The translations under genes and the position numbers were made by a program. DNA of 64,000 nt from Stellaceae bacterium. GTDB taxonomy: Bacteria > Pseudomonadota > Alphaproteobacteria > ATCC43930 > CGMCC-115725. Below are positions 34,474 to 43,974 of this stretch, piece by piece. The notes under the pieces are model-generated. The model was not told the DNA's origin, made no database searches, and was given only the letters and a program-made list of their open reading frames with translations. The stretch spans positions 317 through 64,316 of the forward strand of contig DATFCQ010000051.1 of assembly GCA_035252905.1 (NCBI GenBank), given 5' to 3'. Positions within the stretch are counted from its first letter, which is position 1, and the number at the start of each line of letters is the position of its first letter.

Positions 34474-35832
34474 ATGGCGACGGAACCCGCTGCCCTGTCC
34501 TTTGTCGACGCCCTGCACGGACGGGTCGCCGACATCCTCGACGCCTGCACGCGCTGCGGCAAATGCGTCGCCGCCTGCCCGATGGTCGAACCGGCGGGGA
34601 TCGATCTCGGCAGCGGCGCGGAGCAGGCGCCGGCTGTCGTCGGCGGCATCCTCGATCTGCTGGCGGGCGGCGAAGGGACCGCCGAGGCCAAGACCTGGGC
34701 GCGGGTCTGCACCAACAGCGGCAAATGCATCCCGGCCTGCGACTATGGGATCAACCCGCGCTTCATGGTCAACATGGCGCGGATCGCGTCAAAGGCAAAG
34801 CGCGGCGACGCCGAGACCCGGCGCGCGGCGCACCAGTACTTCACGACGATGAGCCGCAGCACGCGCGTGATCTCGCGCTTGCAGCTCGCGCCCGAGGTGA
34901 CGGCGCGCATCAACCCGCCCCTGCGCGCCGCCGGCGAATATGACGGCCCGCCCGACATCGTCTTCTATACCGGTTGCAACGTGATCAAGACGCCGCACAT
35001 CGCGCTGCTCGTTCTCGAAGTCCTGGATGCGCTCGGAATCTCCTATGAGGTCATGGGCGGCACCGCGACCTGCTGCGGCATCCAGCATTTCAAGCAGGGC
35101 GACGCCAAGACCGCCGGCCGCATTGCCTACAACACGATCGAGCGGCTGTCCCGGCCGGGCGCCGCGCGCGTCATTTCCTGGTGCCCGAGCTGCCAGATCC
35201 AGATCGGCGAGGTGGCCCTGCCGGCCTACCGGGACTCGTTCGGCACAATGCCGTTCGACCTGAACCCGATCGCCGAGTTCTTTGCCGAGCGGCTCGACGA
35301 TCTGCGGCGCCTGTTTGTCCACCGGGTCGAAAAGCGCGTCGCTTTGCAGGAGCGCTCCGCCCTTCCCGGCGTCATGGAGGCGGTCAAAAAGGTATTGCGC
35401 GCCATTCCCGGTCTCGAAGTCATCGAACTCGATGTGCCGATCGTCAGCACCCAGGCCAGCCACCTCTCGGTGCTGCCCAAATTCAAGGCCGAATTGCGCA
35501 AGCGCGAGTTCCGCGCCGCCGCGGCGGCCGGGGTGACGACCTTTGCCTCGATCTTTCACGGCTGTCACCGCGAACTGGTCAAGTTCCAGCCGCAGGTGTC
35601 GTTCGAACTGTTGAACTTCATGGAACTGATCGGGGAGGCAATGGGCATCTGCATTCCCGATCTCTACAAGCGCCTCAGCCTGATCGGCGACGTCGATCAG
35701 ATCATCGCCGACAGCGCCGACCTGATCGCCGCCCACCGGCTCGATCTCGACACCGTGCGCGACGTGCTCGCCGACGACATCTACGGCGGCGGCGCCTCCG
35801 TCCCGGCGCAGCCGCCGGCAGCGGCGCGCTAA
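34474..35832 (+). CDS. (Fe-S)-binding protein with CCG domains (heterodisulfide-reductase/GlcF-like)
   Basis: 452-aa ORF. It has two 4Fe-4S ferredoxin motifs (CTRCGKCVAACP, CTNSGKCIPAC) followed by Cys-rich CCG-type repeats (YTGCN...CCG, CPSCQ). Confidence 0.85.
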   Translation: MATEPAALSFVDALHGRVADILDACTRCGKCVAACPMVEPAGIDLGSGAEQAPAVVGGILDLLAGGEGTAEAKTWARVCTNSGKCIPACDYGINPRFMVNMARIASKAKRGDAETRRAAHQYFTTMSRSTRVISRLQLAPEVTARINPPLRAAGEYDGPPDIVFYTGCNVIKTPHIALLVLEVLDALGISYEVMGGTATCCGIQHFKQGDAKTAGRIAYNTIERLSRPGAARVISWCPSCQIQIGEVALPAYRDSFGTMPFDLNPIAEFFAERLDDLRRLFVHRVEKRVALQERSALPGVMEAVKKVLRAIPGLEVIELDVPIVSTQASHLSVLPKFKAELRKREFRAAAAAGVTTFASIFHGCHRELVKFQPQVSFELLNFMELIGEAMGICIPDLYKRLSLIGDVDQIIADSADLIAAHRLDLDTVRDVLADDIYGGGASVPAQPPAAAR

Positions 35833-35834
35833 GC

Positions 35835-35912
35835 GGCGGAATGCCCCCGGCTTTCGCCGGGGTTTTCCGCCCTACGGTTCGTGTAGGGCGGAAAAGCGCA
35901 GCGCATTCCGCC
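35835..35912. repeat. REP-like palindromic element, copy 6
   Basis: GGCGGAATGCCCCCGGCTTTCGCCGGGGTTTTCCGCCCTAC, a spacer, then GTAGGGCGGAAAAGCGCAGCGCATTCCGCC. Confidence 0.85.
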
Positions 35913-35918
35913 GCTTTC

Positions 35919-36380
35919 CTAAAGGCCGAGTTCGCTGAGACCCGGATGATCCTGAGGCCGCGGGCCGAGAGGCCAGTGGAACAGCCGGTCGGCGGCGGCG
36001 ATCGGGATGTCGTTGATGCTGGCCTCGCGCCGCCGCATCAGGCCCGCGGCGTCGAACTCCCATTGCTCGTTGCCGTGGGCGCGGTACCAATGGCCTGAAT
36101 CATCGTGCCATTCATATTGGAAGCGCACGGCAATGCGGTCCCCGGTAAAGGCCCACACTTCCTTGATCAGCCGATAATCCAGTTCGCGCGCCCATTTGCG
36201 GCGCAGAAATTCGATGATCGCCGCCCGCCCCTCAAAGAATTCGGCGCGGTTGCGCCACCGGCTGTCCTCGCTATAGGCGAGGGCCACGCGTTCCGGCTCG
36301 CGCGTGTTCCAGGCGTCCTCCGCCATGCGCACCTTCTGCACGGCGGCCTCCAGGGTGAACGGCGGCAGAGGGGGAGCCAT
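35919..36380 (-). CDS. DUF1348 / NTF2-like (SnoaL-fold) family protein
   Basis: Within ORF 35919..36653. ATG 36380 has GAGAGGA upstream. [41 protein letters not shown]...RFQYEW is the DUF1348 pattern. Confidence 0.8.
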   Translation of the reverse strand: MAPPLPPFTLEAAVQKVRMAEDAWNTREPERVALAYSEDSRWRNRAEFFEGRAAIIEFLRRKWARELDYRLIKEVWAFTGDRIAVRFQYEWHDDSGHWYRAHGNEQWEFDAAGLMRRREASINDIPIAAADRLFHWPLGPRPQDHPGLSELGL

Positions 36381-36418
36381 CGAGTGTCCTCTCTCGTTCG
36401 GAAATGCGGGCGGGCCGG

Positions 36419-36952
36419 TCACTTGACCAGATCGAGCACCCGCCGCAGCCGGGGATCCTCGGCCGTCCCCAGCCATTCGAAGGCGACCATCTCGGTGGTC
36501 ACGACCTCCGCCCCGTTCCGCTCCATGCGCCGGATCGCCGTCTCCTTGCTCTCCGGGCGGCGCGAGCCCAGCGCATCGCGCACGATATGGACCTGCCGGC
36601 CCGCTTGCAGGAGGCCCAGCACGGTCTGCAATACGCAGACATGCGCCTCGCATCCCGCAACGACGAGGTCGCGCCGGTCCGGCAATGCTGCGAGAAAGCC
36701 GGGCATACGGCAGGCGTCGAACGTCATCTTGTGGGCGAGCCGGCCGGAAGCGCCGCGCAGTTCGGGCAATGTGGGGCCGAGGCCCTTCGCATTCTGCTCG
36801 GTGAACAGGATCGGCACATCGAGCATTTCCGCGGCGTCGATCAGGATGCGCGCATTGGCGACGACCGTTTCCCGGTCATGGATCGCGGGCATCAGTTTCG
36901 ACTGGAAATCCACGACCAACAGGGCCGAAGTCTCGCGATCGATCGTCGGCAT
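36419..36952 (-). CDS. isochorismatase-family hydrolase
   Basis: 177-aa ORF with [22 protein letters not shown] (catalytic Cys context) and family-typical length. Confidence 0.88.
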   Translation of the reverse strand: MPTIDRETSALLVVDFQSKLMPAIHDRETVVANARILIDAAEMLDVPILFTEQNAKGLGPTLPELRGASGRLAHKMTFDACRMPGFLAALPDRRDLVVAGCEAHVCVLQTVLGLLQAGRQVHIVRDALGSRRPESKETAIRRMERNGAEVVTTEMVAFEWLGTAEDPRLRRVLDLVK

Positions 36953-36985
36953 GGGTCCTGACCTTTCTTGAACGGGCGCGGCCGC

Positions 36986-37975
36986 TCACACCTTCGACAA
37001 TGACAACGTCGACGGTGCGAACAAGTCCTCGACGGCCAGTTGCCGCGGGGTAATGCCCTGCTCGAAGGCATAGCGGGTGATCGCCGCCAGTTCGCGCCGG
37101 TTGGCGTCGACGCCGTAGGACCAGAAATCCTCGCCCATCAGCGCCCGGGCGCGCTGGAATTCCTCGACCGGCCAGGGCAGCGTGGTGAACAGATGGCCGA
37201 TCGTTTCCAATTGGCGGTAGCAGAGTTCCTTGGCCTTCAGATAGGCGACATAGGTATTGACCGGCAGCCAGGGGTGCCGTTCGACCAGTGAGCGGCGGAT
37301 GCCGACGATATGCATGATCGGAAACATCCGGGTCTCTTTGAAATAGGCCTCCTCGACCGCGCGGTAGTCCGGAAACAATCGCCGCACCGACGGGTTGCGG
37401 CCAAAACAGGACGGGGCCAGCGCGGAAATCAGCGCGTCGATGCGGCCGCCGTCGAGGTGGTCCGACAAGGTCTCGGTATTTGGGATCGGCTGCACGTCGA
37501 TGTCCGCCGGCAGGTCGAGCCGCACCCGGTTCTCGCGTCCCGGCTGTTCGAGCCCGCCGCTGCGCCATCTGACCTCGGCGGCGCGAACGCCGAACTGGTC
37601 CTGCAGGATGCCGCGGATCCACACCGCCGCGGTCATCGGGTATTCCGGCACGCCGATCACCTTGCCGCGCAGATCCTGCGGCCGCTCGATGCCGCGATCG
37701 CTGCGAATATAGATCGAGGAGTGACGGAACAGACGCGACGGGAATACCGGGATGGCGACGTAGGGGCAGGTTCCCCGGGCGAGCAGCGCCATCGTGTTGG
37801 ACAGGGACAATTCGGTGATGTCGAATTCCTGATAGCGAAAGGCGCGGTGAAACGCCTCCTCGGGCGACATCGCGCAGCAGATCGTCTCGCAGCCGGCGAT
37901 CGGCACGGTGCCGTCGAACAAGGCGCGGGTGCGGTCGTAATCGACCCCCGCGACGCTGACCGTCAATTTCGCCAT
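36986..37975 (-). CDS. 4,5-dihydroxyphthalate-decarboxylase-like protein (periplasmic-binding-protein fold, cytoplasmic)
   Basis: Within ORF 36986..38677; ATG 37975. YDRTRALFDGTV, FDITELSLS, PVFPSRLFRHSSIYIR, GVPEYPMTAAVWIRGIL and FPIMHIVGIRR resemble PhtD-type decarboxylases (recollection). Confidence 0.72.
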   Translation of the reverse strand: MAKLTVSVAGVDYDRTRALFDGTVPIAGCETICCAMSPEEAFHRAFRYQEFDITELSLSNTMALLARGTCPYVAIPVFPSRLFRHSSIYIRSDRGIERPQDLRGKVIGVPEYPMTAAVWIRGILQDQFGVRAAEVRWRSGGLEQPGRENRVRLDLPADIDVQPIPNTETLSDHLDGGRIDALISALAPSCFGRNPSVRRLFPDYRAVEEAYFKETRMFPIMHIVGIRRSLVERHPWLPVNTYVAYLKAKELCYRQLETIGHLFTTLPWPVEEFQRARALMGEDFWSYGVDANRRELAAITRYAFEQGITPRQLAVEDLFAPSTLSLSKV

Positions 37976-37992
37976 GGGTTCGCCTCTCCAAT

Positions 37993-38988
37993 TCACGCGT
38001 CGCGCAGGCGCAACACCGCGCGGCCGTCGATATGGCGATCGCGCACGGCGGCCAAGGCCGTGCCGGCCTGTTCCAGCGGGAACAGCGCTGCCGGCGCCGG
38101 CTTGATGAGGCCAAGCGCGTAATAGCCGAACACTTCGGCATAGCAGGTTGCCAGCTCGTCCGGCCGGCGGCGACGGTAATCGCTGATCTGCAATCCGCTG
38201 ATTTCGATGTTCTTCACCAGCAGGTAATTGGTCTTGAGCGTCGGAATGCCGCCGGCGGCAAAGCCGATCACAACAAGTCGGCCGCACCAGGCGAGCGCGC
38301 GGATCGCCGCCGCGAACACCTCGCCGCCGAGCGGGTCGATGACGACATCGGCGCCGCGCCCGCCGGTCTCGGCATGGACCTGCTCGCGCAAGCTGTCGCG
38401 CAGGTTCGGCCGCGACAGGTCGACGACCGCATCGGCCCCCGCCTCGCGCGCCGCTTTCTCCCGCTCCGGCCGGGAGATCCCGGCCAGGACGCGCGCACCC
38501 ATCGCATGGGCGAGCTGCACCGATGCGCGGCCGACGCCGCCCGCGGCGCCGAGCACCAGAACGGTCTCGCCGGGCACGAGCCGGGCGCGCCGGCGCAGCG
38601 CCATCCACGACGTATCGTAGACAAGGGAAAGCGCGGCGGCCTCGACAAAGGACATGGACCGCGGCAGGCGGTAGCATTGCTCGGCCGCGACCGCGACCGC
38701 CTCGGCATAGCCGCCGGTTTCGGCCATCGCCAGGACCCGGTCGCCGATGCCGAGGCTTGTCGCCCCCGGTCCCAGCGCCGCGACAACCCCGGCCGGACCC
38801 TTTCCCGGGACGAACGGGCGCGCAGGCAGGAACTGATAGGTGCCGCCGACCACCAGCAGGTCGACGTAATTGACCGGCGCGGCATGGGTCTCGACCAGGA
38901 CCTGGCCGGGCTCCGGGGACGGCGTCGGCGCCTCGCCGACGCGCAGCCCCTCGGGCGGACCGAATTCCTCGACGACGATCGCCCGCAC
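37993..38988 (-). CDS. NADPH:quinone oxidoreductase / zinc-independent MDR family oxidoreductase
   Basis: 331-aa ORF with MRAIVVEEFGPPEGLRVGE...PVNYVDLL and the Rossmann motif VLGAAGGVG. Confidence 0.88.
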   Translation of the reverse strand: MRAIVVEEFGPPEGLRVGEAPTPSPEPGQVLVETHAAPVNYVDLLVVGGTYQFLPARPFVPGKGPAGVVAALGPGATSLGIGDRVLAMAETGGYAEAVAVAAEQCYRLPRSMSFVEAAALSLVYDTSWMALRRRARLVPGETVLVLGAAGGVGRASVQLAHAMGARVLAGISRPEREKAAREAGADAVVDLSRPNLRDSLREQVHAETGGRGADVVIDPLGGEVFAAAIRALAWCGRLVVIGFAAGGIPTLKTNYLLVKNIEISGLQISDYRRRRPDELATCYAEVFGYYALGLIKPAPAALFPLEQAGTALAAVRDRHIDGRAVLRLRDA

Positions 38989-38992
38989 GCCC

Positions 38993-40642
38993 TCAGCCCT
39001 CCGCCGCCGCGGGCCGGAACCGCACCGGGATCGGCTGCGCCAGACCCTCCGCGACCCGGCGCGCCAATTCGCGCTTCACCACCTTGCCGCTGGCGGTCAG
39101 CGGCAGTTCGGCGAGCGTCAGCAGGAATTCGGGCATGTCGTAGCGCGACAATCCGGCCCAATCGAGATGCGCCAACAAGGCCTGCGGGTCGAGCGGACTG
39201 TCCGGGCGCATCACCAATGCGAGACAGACGCGCTCGCCGAGCCGCGGGTCGGGGATTGCAAAGGCGGCCGCCCGCTCGACCGCCGCGTGGCGCAATGCCA
39301 GGGCTTCGATCGGAGCCGGATGGATATTGCGCCCGCCGCGGATGATGACGTCCTTCTTGCGGCCGGTGATGCGCAAACAGCCGGCCTCGTCGATCTGCCC
39401 GAGATCGCCGGTCATGAACCAGCCGGCGCTGTTGAAGGCGGCCTCGGTTGCCCTCTGGTCGTCGAAATAGCCGAGCATCAGACTGGCGCCCCTGCCGCCG
39501 ATCTCGCCGATCTCGCCCGGGGCGGCCTCGACGTCGGGGTTGTCCCGACGCCAGATGCGGATCTCGTAGCCTGCGCAGGCGCGGCCGCAGGTCAGCGCGA
39601 TCCGCTCCGGGGGATCGTCGGGCAGGGTGTACTGGTGCGAGCAGGTCTCGGTCATGCCGTAGCCGCTCTGCGGCACCACGCCGTGACGCAGCAACTCTTC
39701 GATGAGCGGTGCCGGCGCCGCGGCGCCGGAGATGCGAAAGCCGCGCACCGCCCCGAGACGCCGGATACTCCGGGCGCGCAGTTCCGCCAACAGGTCGACG
39801 GCATGGGTCGGCACGCCGAACAGAAAGGCGGCTCCGGTCTCCGTCAGCCGGTCGATGAGGCTGCCGCCGCGCGGCAGGTCGTGCACGACGAGTTCGCCGC
39901 CCGAGAGGGCGGTGATCAAGGCGCCGAGACCGAGATTGTGCGACAGCGGGCTCAACGTGTAGAGCACCGCACCCTCCAGCCGCCAGTCGCGCGCCATCAT
40001 CCGCGCCGTGGCAAGGAGGGTGTTGTCGCTGTGCAGGACGCCTTTCGGCTCTCCGGTCGTGCCGGAGGTGAAGGGCAGATAGATGATCTGATTGGCGTCG
40101 CGGCTTGCGGAAAGCAAAACCCCGGCGCCGGGCAGATCGGCGAACGGCGCGGCCTCGGCCGGGCCGACTCGACAGGTCCAGCGCAGAAAGTCGCGGCCGG
40201 CCAGTTCCTCGAAAATGTCGCGCCGGTCGGCGTCGGCGCCCCAGCCCGGCGCGGCGATCACCGCTGCGGCGCGCATCCGGTCGACCAGGGCGACGACCTC
40301 GGCGACAGTATGGTCGCGATGCAATGACGGGCAGCAGACATAGCCGTTGCGCGAGCAGGCGAGGAGCGCGATCGCGGTCTCGACCCGGCTCGGCAGCCAC
40401 ACGGCAACCCGCTCCCCCGCGCGCAGCCCGTGCCCGGCGAGATGAGCGGCCAGACGGTCGGCGGCCGCGACCAATGCCCGATAGGTCAGGCGGCGATGAC
40501 GGTCGCGCACGGCGAAGGCGCCGGGCGTTGCCTGCGCATGGCGCAGGGCGAGCGCGTAGAGCGTTTCGTCGCCCCAAAACCCGGCCGCCGTGTAGGCGGC
40601 CAGCGCCGGCGCGTTCAGCAGGCTCAAGAGGGGTCCGGTCAT
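38993..40642 (-). CDS. AMP-dependent acyl-CoA synthetase/ligase (ANL superfamily)
   Basis: ORF 38993..40657 (ATG 40642 or GTG 40657). The AMP-binding motif FTSGTTGEPKGV, GYGMTE and TGDLG...GRKKDVIIRGG are present. Confidence 0.88.
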   Translation of the reverse strand: MTGPLLSLLNAPALAAYTAAGFWGDETLYALALRHAQATPGAFAVRDRHRRLTYRALVAAADRLAAHLAGHGLRAGERVAVWLPSRVETAIALLACSRNGYVCCPSLHRDHTVAEVVALVDRMRAAAVIAAPGWGADADRRDIFEELAGRDFLRWTCRVGPAEAAPFADLPGAGVLLSASRDANQIIYLPFTSGTTGEPKGVLHSDNTLLATARMMARDWRLEGAVLYTLSPLSHNLGLGALITALSGGELVVHDLPRGGSLIDRLTETGAAFLFGVPTHAVDLLAELRARSIRRLGAVRGFRISGAAAPAPLIEELLRHGVVPQSGYGMTETCSHQYTLPDDPPERIALTCGRACAGYEIRIWRRDNPDVEAAPGEIGEIGGRGASLMLGYFDDQRATEAAFNSAGWFMTGDLGQIDEAGCLRITGRKKDVIIRGGRNIHPAPIEALALRHAAVERAAAFAIPDPRLGERVCLALVMRPDSPLDPQALLAHLDWAGLSRYDMPEFLLTLAELPLTASGKVVKRELARRVAEGLAQPIPVRFRPAAAEG

Positions 40643-40667
40643 CAAGCGCCGCCGCACAGGGCTGCTG

Positions 40668-41435
40668 TCAGCCGTTCGGCGGGGTTGGGGACCCGCTGTC
40701 GGGCCGGGTCAAGAGGTGGCCGCAGCCGGCCCTGGTCGCCCAGTATTCCCAACTGCGCCAGGTCTCGACCGAATAGGGGCTGTAGCCGCGGTTGCGGGCC
40801 GCGATCTCGCCTTGCGACAGATATTTGATCTCGCCGCCCAGCTGCCTGGCGCGCATCAGTGCGCGCGCATTGCGCGGCAGGTAGACCGACAGCCGCACGA
40901 CCTCGATCAACGAGCGCGCGGCGGCGGCAAAGCCGTGGCCGCGCATCAATGCGACGTTGTTCGCGCCGAGGCATTTTGCCAGATCCTCCGCCTGCGCCAT
41001 GTTGGTGACGAGCAGGTTGGTGTCGCCGAACCCGTCGGCGATGTCCCAGACCGGCACCTCGGGGCCGATAAAGCTGCCCGAATGGATCACCGGGCGCAGC
41101 TTTGCCCCCTCGGCGATGCCGAAGGGCAGGGTGTCCTCGGCATGGGCATGAACGACGGCCATGACCTCCGGCCGCGCTGCGAAGATCGCCGCATGGATGA
41201 AGCGCTCGAGATAAAGGCTGCGCCCCTCGTCGCGCACCGGCCGACCGTCGAGGTCGAGCTCGACAATGTCTTCGGGGCCGACCAGCTCCGGGGCAAGCGA
41301 GCGGGCGATCAGAAAGCGGTCGAGGTTGTCGGGGTGACGGACGCTGACATGACCGTAGGCGTCGACGACCTCCTCCCTGGCGAGGATCCGGTTGGCGATC
41401 ACGAGGTCCTGGACCAAGGTATCGAGAGTGCTCAT
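40668..41435 (-). CDS. class II aldolase/adducin family protein
   Basis: Within ORF 40668..41636. ATG 41435 has GAGAGGA upstream. DAYGHVSVR, the HAHAEDTLPF metal histidines and MRGHG fit the family. Confidence 0.88.
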   Translation of the reverse strand: MSTLDTLVQDLVIANRILAREEVVDAYGHVSVRHPDNLDRFLIARSLAPELVGPEDIVELDLDGRPVRDEGRSLYLERFIHAAIFAARPEVMAVVHAHAEDTLPFGIAEGAKLRPVIHSGSFIGPEVPVWDIADGFGDTNLLVTNMAQAEDLAKCLGANNVALMRGHGFAAAARSLIEVVRLSVYLPRNARALMRARQLGGEIKYLSQGEIAARNRGYSPYSVETWRSWEYWATRAGCGHLLTRPDSGSPTPPNG

Positions 41436-41710
41436 GACCGGTCCTCTCGGAAAGGAGCCGCCGGCAACGCGGCCCGCCCACGATACCACAACGCGCCCTC
41501 GCAAGCCGACCGGCTCTGGCCGCTTTCGGCTGGTCAGCGGCGCGCGAATGGAGAGGGCGAGGCACACGGGCCGAATGATCGCCGCCACCTTCGAGAGCTG
41601 CAGCGAGGCGGCGAAGGAGAAACAGCGGATTGTCAAACGCAGGCTCGGTCACGGTTACGACGCCCGAGCATGACGAGCCACCGGCAGCATGCGCCGGTGG
41701 GCGGCGGCAA

Positions 41711-42202
41711 TTACCCCGGCTTGTCGTCTGCGGCCTCGAACCTCTGCACCGCCTCGGGGGCCTGTGCCGCGGCCAGCAGCGCCGGCCAGTCGGCAGGCGG
41801 ATTTCCGCGCGCCAGCATCCGGGCAAACACGGCATAGGGGTCCGTATCGGCACCAGCCTTGCGCAGCGTGTCGCGGTCATTGACCCAGGCGTAGACGATC
41901 ACCTTGGCCCGCGAATGGGCCCGGAAGAACAGCCGGAAGCGATTGCCGCCGAACTTGGCCCGAAACCAGTACCGGTGCGCCGGCCCCAGCGTATTGCCCT
42001 GGCGAAACTCCGGGGCCAGAGGGTCGCGCGGGATGCGGTCCAGCACCAGGCCGCGCAGCGCCGCCAGCAGGCGGGCGTCGGCCTTTCCCCGCCAGCCCTG
42101 CGGATCGGATCGCTTGGCCCGCTCCACGGCGCCGAGCAGCCGTTCGAGCTGGTCCAGGAACAGGGGATGGGCGTAGAGGCGCCAACCGTGCCGTTCCAGC
42201 AC
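41711..42202 (-). CDS. yhaV: type II toxin-antitoxin system toxin, YhaV family ribonuclease
   Basis: 163-aa ORF. GWRLYAHPLFLDQ...RFRLFFRAHSRAKVIVYAWVNDRDTLRKAGADTDPYAVFARMLARGNPPADW is collinear with E. coli YhaV as I recall it. Confidence 0.9.
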   Translation of the reverse strand: MLERHGWRLYAHPLFLDQLERLLGAVERAKRSDPQGWRGKADARLLAALRGLVLDRIPRDPLAPEFRQGNTLGPAHRYWFRAKFGGNRFRLFFRAHSRAKVIVYAWVNDRDTLRKAGADTDPYAVFARMLARGNPPADWPALLAAAQAPEAVQRFEAADDKPG

Positions 42203-42217
42203 CGCGCCACGCGTCCG

Positions 42218-42559
42218 CTACAGGCTGACCTCGTCCGTGATCGGCGCGTCCGGGTCCACCTCTCCCACCTCGGCCGCGAGCGTCTCCAGGCGGTCCGCCA
42301 GGGTTTCCGGGAGCGGGTGCACGGCCTCGGCCGGCCGGGAGGCCAGATCGGCCGCCAACAGCGCCAGAAAGGGCGCCAGCGCCGGGTCCGTGGCTTCGTC
42401 CTCCGGCGGCAGGGCGTGAACGGTGACGCGCCCGCCCTCAACCCGGAACGCAATGCGCCCGCCGTAGCTGACGCCGAGCGCCTGACGCACGGCCTTGGGC
42501 ACGGTGGTCTGGCCACGAGCGGTGATCGTGCAGACTTCTTCGACCACGGCAGATGACAT
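42218..42559 (-). CDS. prlF: type II antitoxin PrlF (AbrB/SpoVT-type DNA-binding)
   Basis: 113-aa ORF with ITARGQTTVPKAVRQALG (SpoVT/AbrB swapped-hairpin) and an acidic C-terminus. It lies immediately upstream of yhaV. Confidence 0.88.
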   Translation of the reverse strand: MSSAVVEEVCTITARGQTTVPKAVRQALGVSYGGRIAFRVEGGRVTVHALPPEDEATDPALAPFLALLAADLASRPAEAVHPLPETLADRLETLAAEVGEVDPDAPITDEVSL

Positions 42560-42777
42560 GACACGCTTCCTGGCCGCCTCCGAGAGACACCAATGTAATG
42601 CGCCCTCCTTACTTTCTCAAGGAATGCGCTCGACCCGCCGCAGACGTGGTCAGAGGACGGGGCGCCTTCCGACGGGCAATGCCGCGCCGCCGGCAGCGTC
42701 AAAATCGAGCGGCGTTGACACCCGCGCCTCGGCACCGGCAAGCTGCCCGCCATGATACAGGCGCAGCAGTCCCGCTG

Positions 42778-43974
42778 ATGTCGGCCGGCGCCAACAGACC
42801 GCTCGCCGGCATCGTCGTGCTCGATTTCGGCCAGGTCTATCAGGGGCCGTACGCGACCCTCTTGATGGCCAAGGCCGGGGCTGACGTGATCAAGATCGAG
42901 CCGCCGCAGGGCGAGCCGCTGCGTCGGCGGGCGCCGCCGGGCAAGAGCACGACCTTCCCGATCGCGATGCTGAACTCGAACAAGCGCGCGATCACATTGA
43001 ACCTGAAGCACGAGCGCGGCCGCGCGCTGTTGTTCCGGATGGTCGAGCGCGGCGACGTGCTGTTGGAGAATTTCGCGCCCGGGGTCATGGACCGGCTCGG
43101 CGTCGGCTGGGAGGTCTTGCATAGGGTCAACCCGCGCCTCGTCTACGCCTCGGGCTCGGGTTACGGCCTCTCGGGGCCCGACCGCGACAATCTGGCGATG
43201 GATCTGACGATCCAGGCGGTGTCGGGGCTGATCGCGGCGACCGGCTTTGCGGACGGGCCGCCGGTCAAGGCCGGCCCGGCGGTCGTCGATTTCCTCTCCG
43301 GGATCCATCTCTATGCCGCCACTCTGACCGCGCTGTTCGAGCGCGAGCGCACCGGCCGCGGCCGCCTCGTCGAGGTGGCGATGCAGGAGGCCGCCTATGC
43401 GACCCTGACCTCGCAGCTGCACGCCTGTTTCGACACCGGCAAGGCGCCGCCGCGGACCGGCAACGCCAGCCACGGCCGCGTGCCGCTCAACGTCTATCCG
43501 ACCCAGGACGGCTACGTCGCGATCAACATCGCGGTCGAGGAGCATTGGCACAATCTGTTGCGGGCGATGGGACGCGAGGATCTGCGCGACGACCCGCGCT
43601 TTGTCGACAACGCGGCGCGCGTTGCCAACCGGGAGGCGACCGACGCATTGGTCGCGGCGTGGACGCAGACGCTCGGCAAGGGGGAGGCGTTCGCGATCGC
43701 CAAGCGGCACCGCATCCCGCTGGCGCCGGTGCGCGAGGTCGACGAGGTCATGCGCGACCGCCACATGCACGAGCGCGGCATGCTCGAATGGATCGAGCAC
43801 GACGAGATCGGCCGCCTCGTCGTGCCGACGACGCCGCTGCGCATCCACGGCGCCGACCCGGTCGAGACCGTGCCGAGCCCGAAGCTCGGCCAGCACAACC
43901 GCGAGATCTACGGCGACTGGCTCGGAGTGTCGGCCGCTGAGATCGCCGCGCTCGAACAAGACGGCGTCATCTGA
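42778..43974 (+). CDS. family III CoA-transferase (CaiB/BaiF)
   Basis: Within ORF 42598..43974; ATG 42778. LAGIVVLDFGQVYQGPYATLLMAKAGADVIKIEPPQG and later ENFAPGVMDRLG. Confidence 0.9.
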   Translation: MSAGANRPLAGIVVLDFGQVYQGPYATLLMAKAGADVIKIEPPQGEPLRRRAPPGKSTTFPIAMLNSNKRAITLNLKHERGRALLFRMVERGDVLLENFAPGVMDRLGVGWEVLHRVNPRLVYASGSGYGLSGPDRDNLAMDLTIQAVSGLIAATGFADGPPVKAGPAVVDFLSGIHLYAATLTALFERERTGRGRLVEVAMQEAAYATLTSQLHACFDTGKAPPRTGNASHGRVPLNVYPTQDGYVAINIAVEEHWHNLLRAMGREDLRDDPRFVDNAARVANREATDALVAAWTQTLGKGEAFAIAKRHRIPLAPVREVDEVMRDRHMHERGMLEWIEHDEIGRLVVPTTPLRIHGADPVETVPSPKLGQHNREIYGDWLGVSAAEIAALEQDGVI

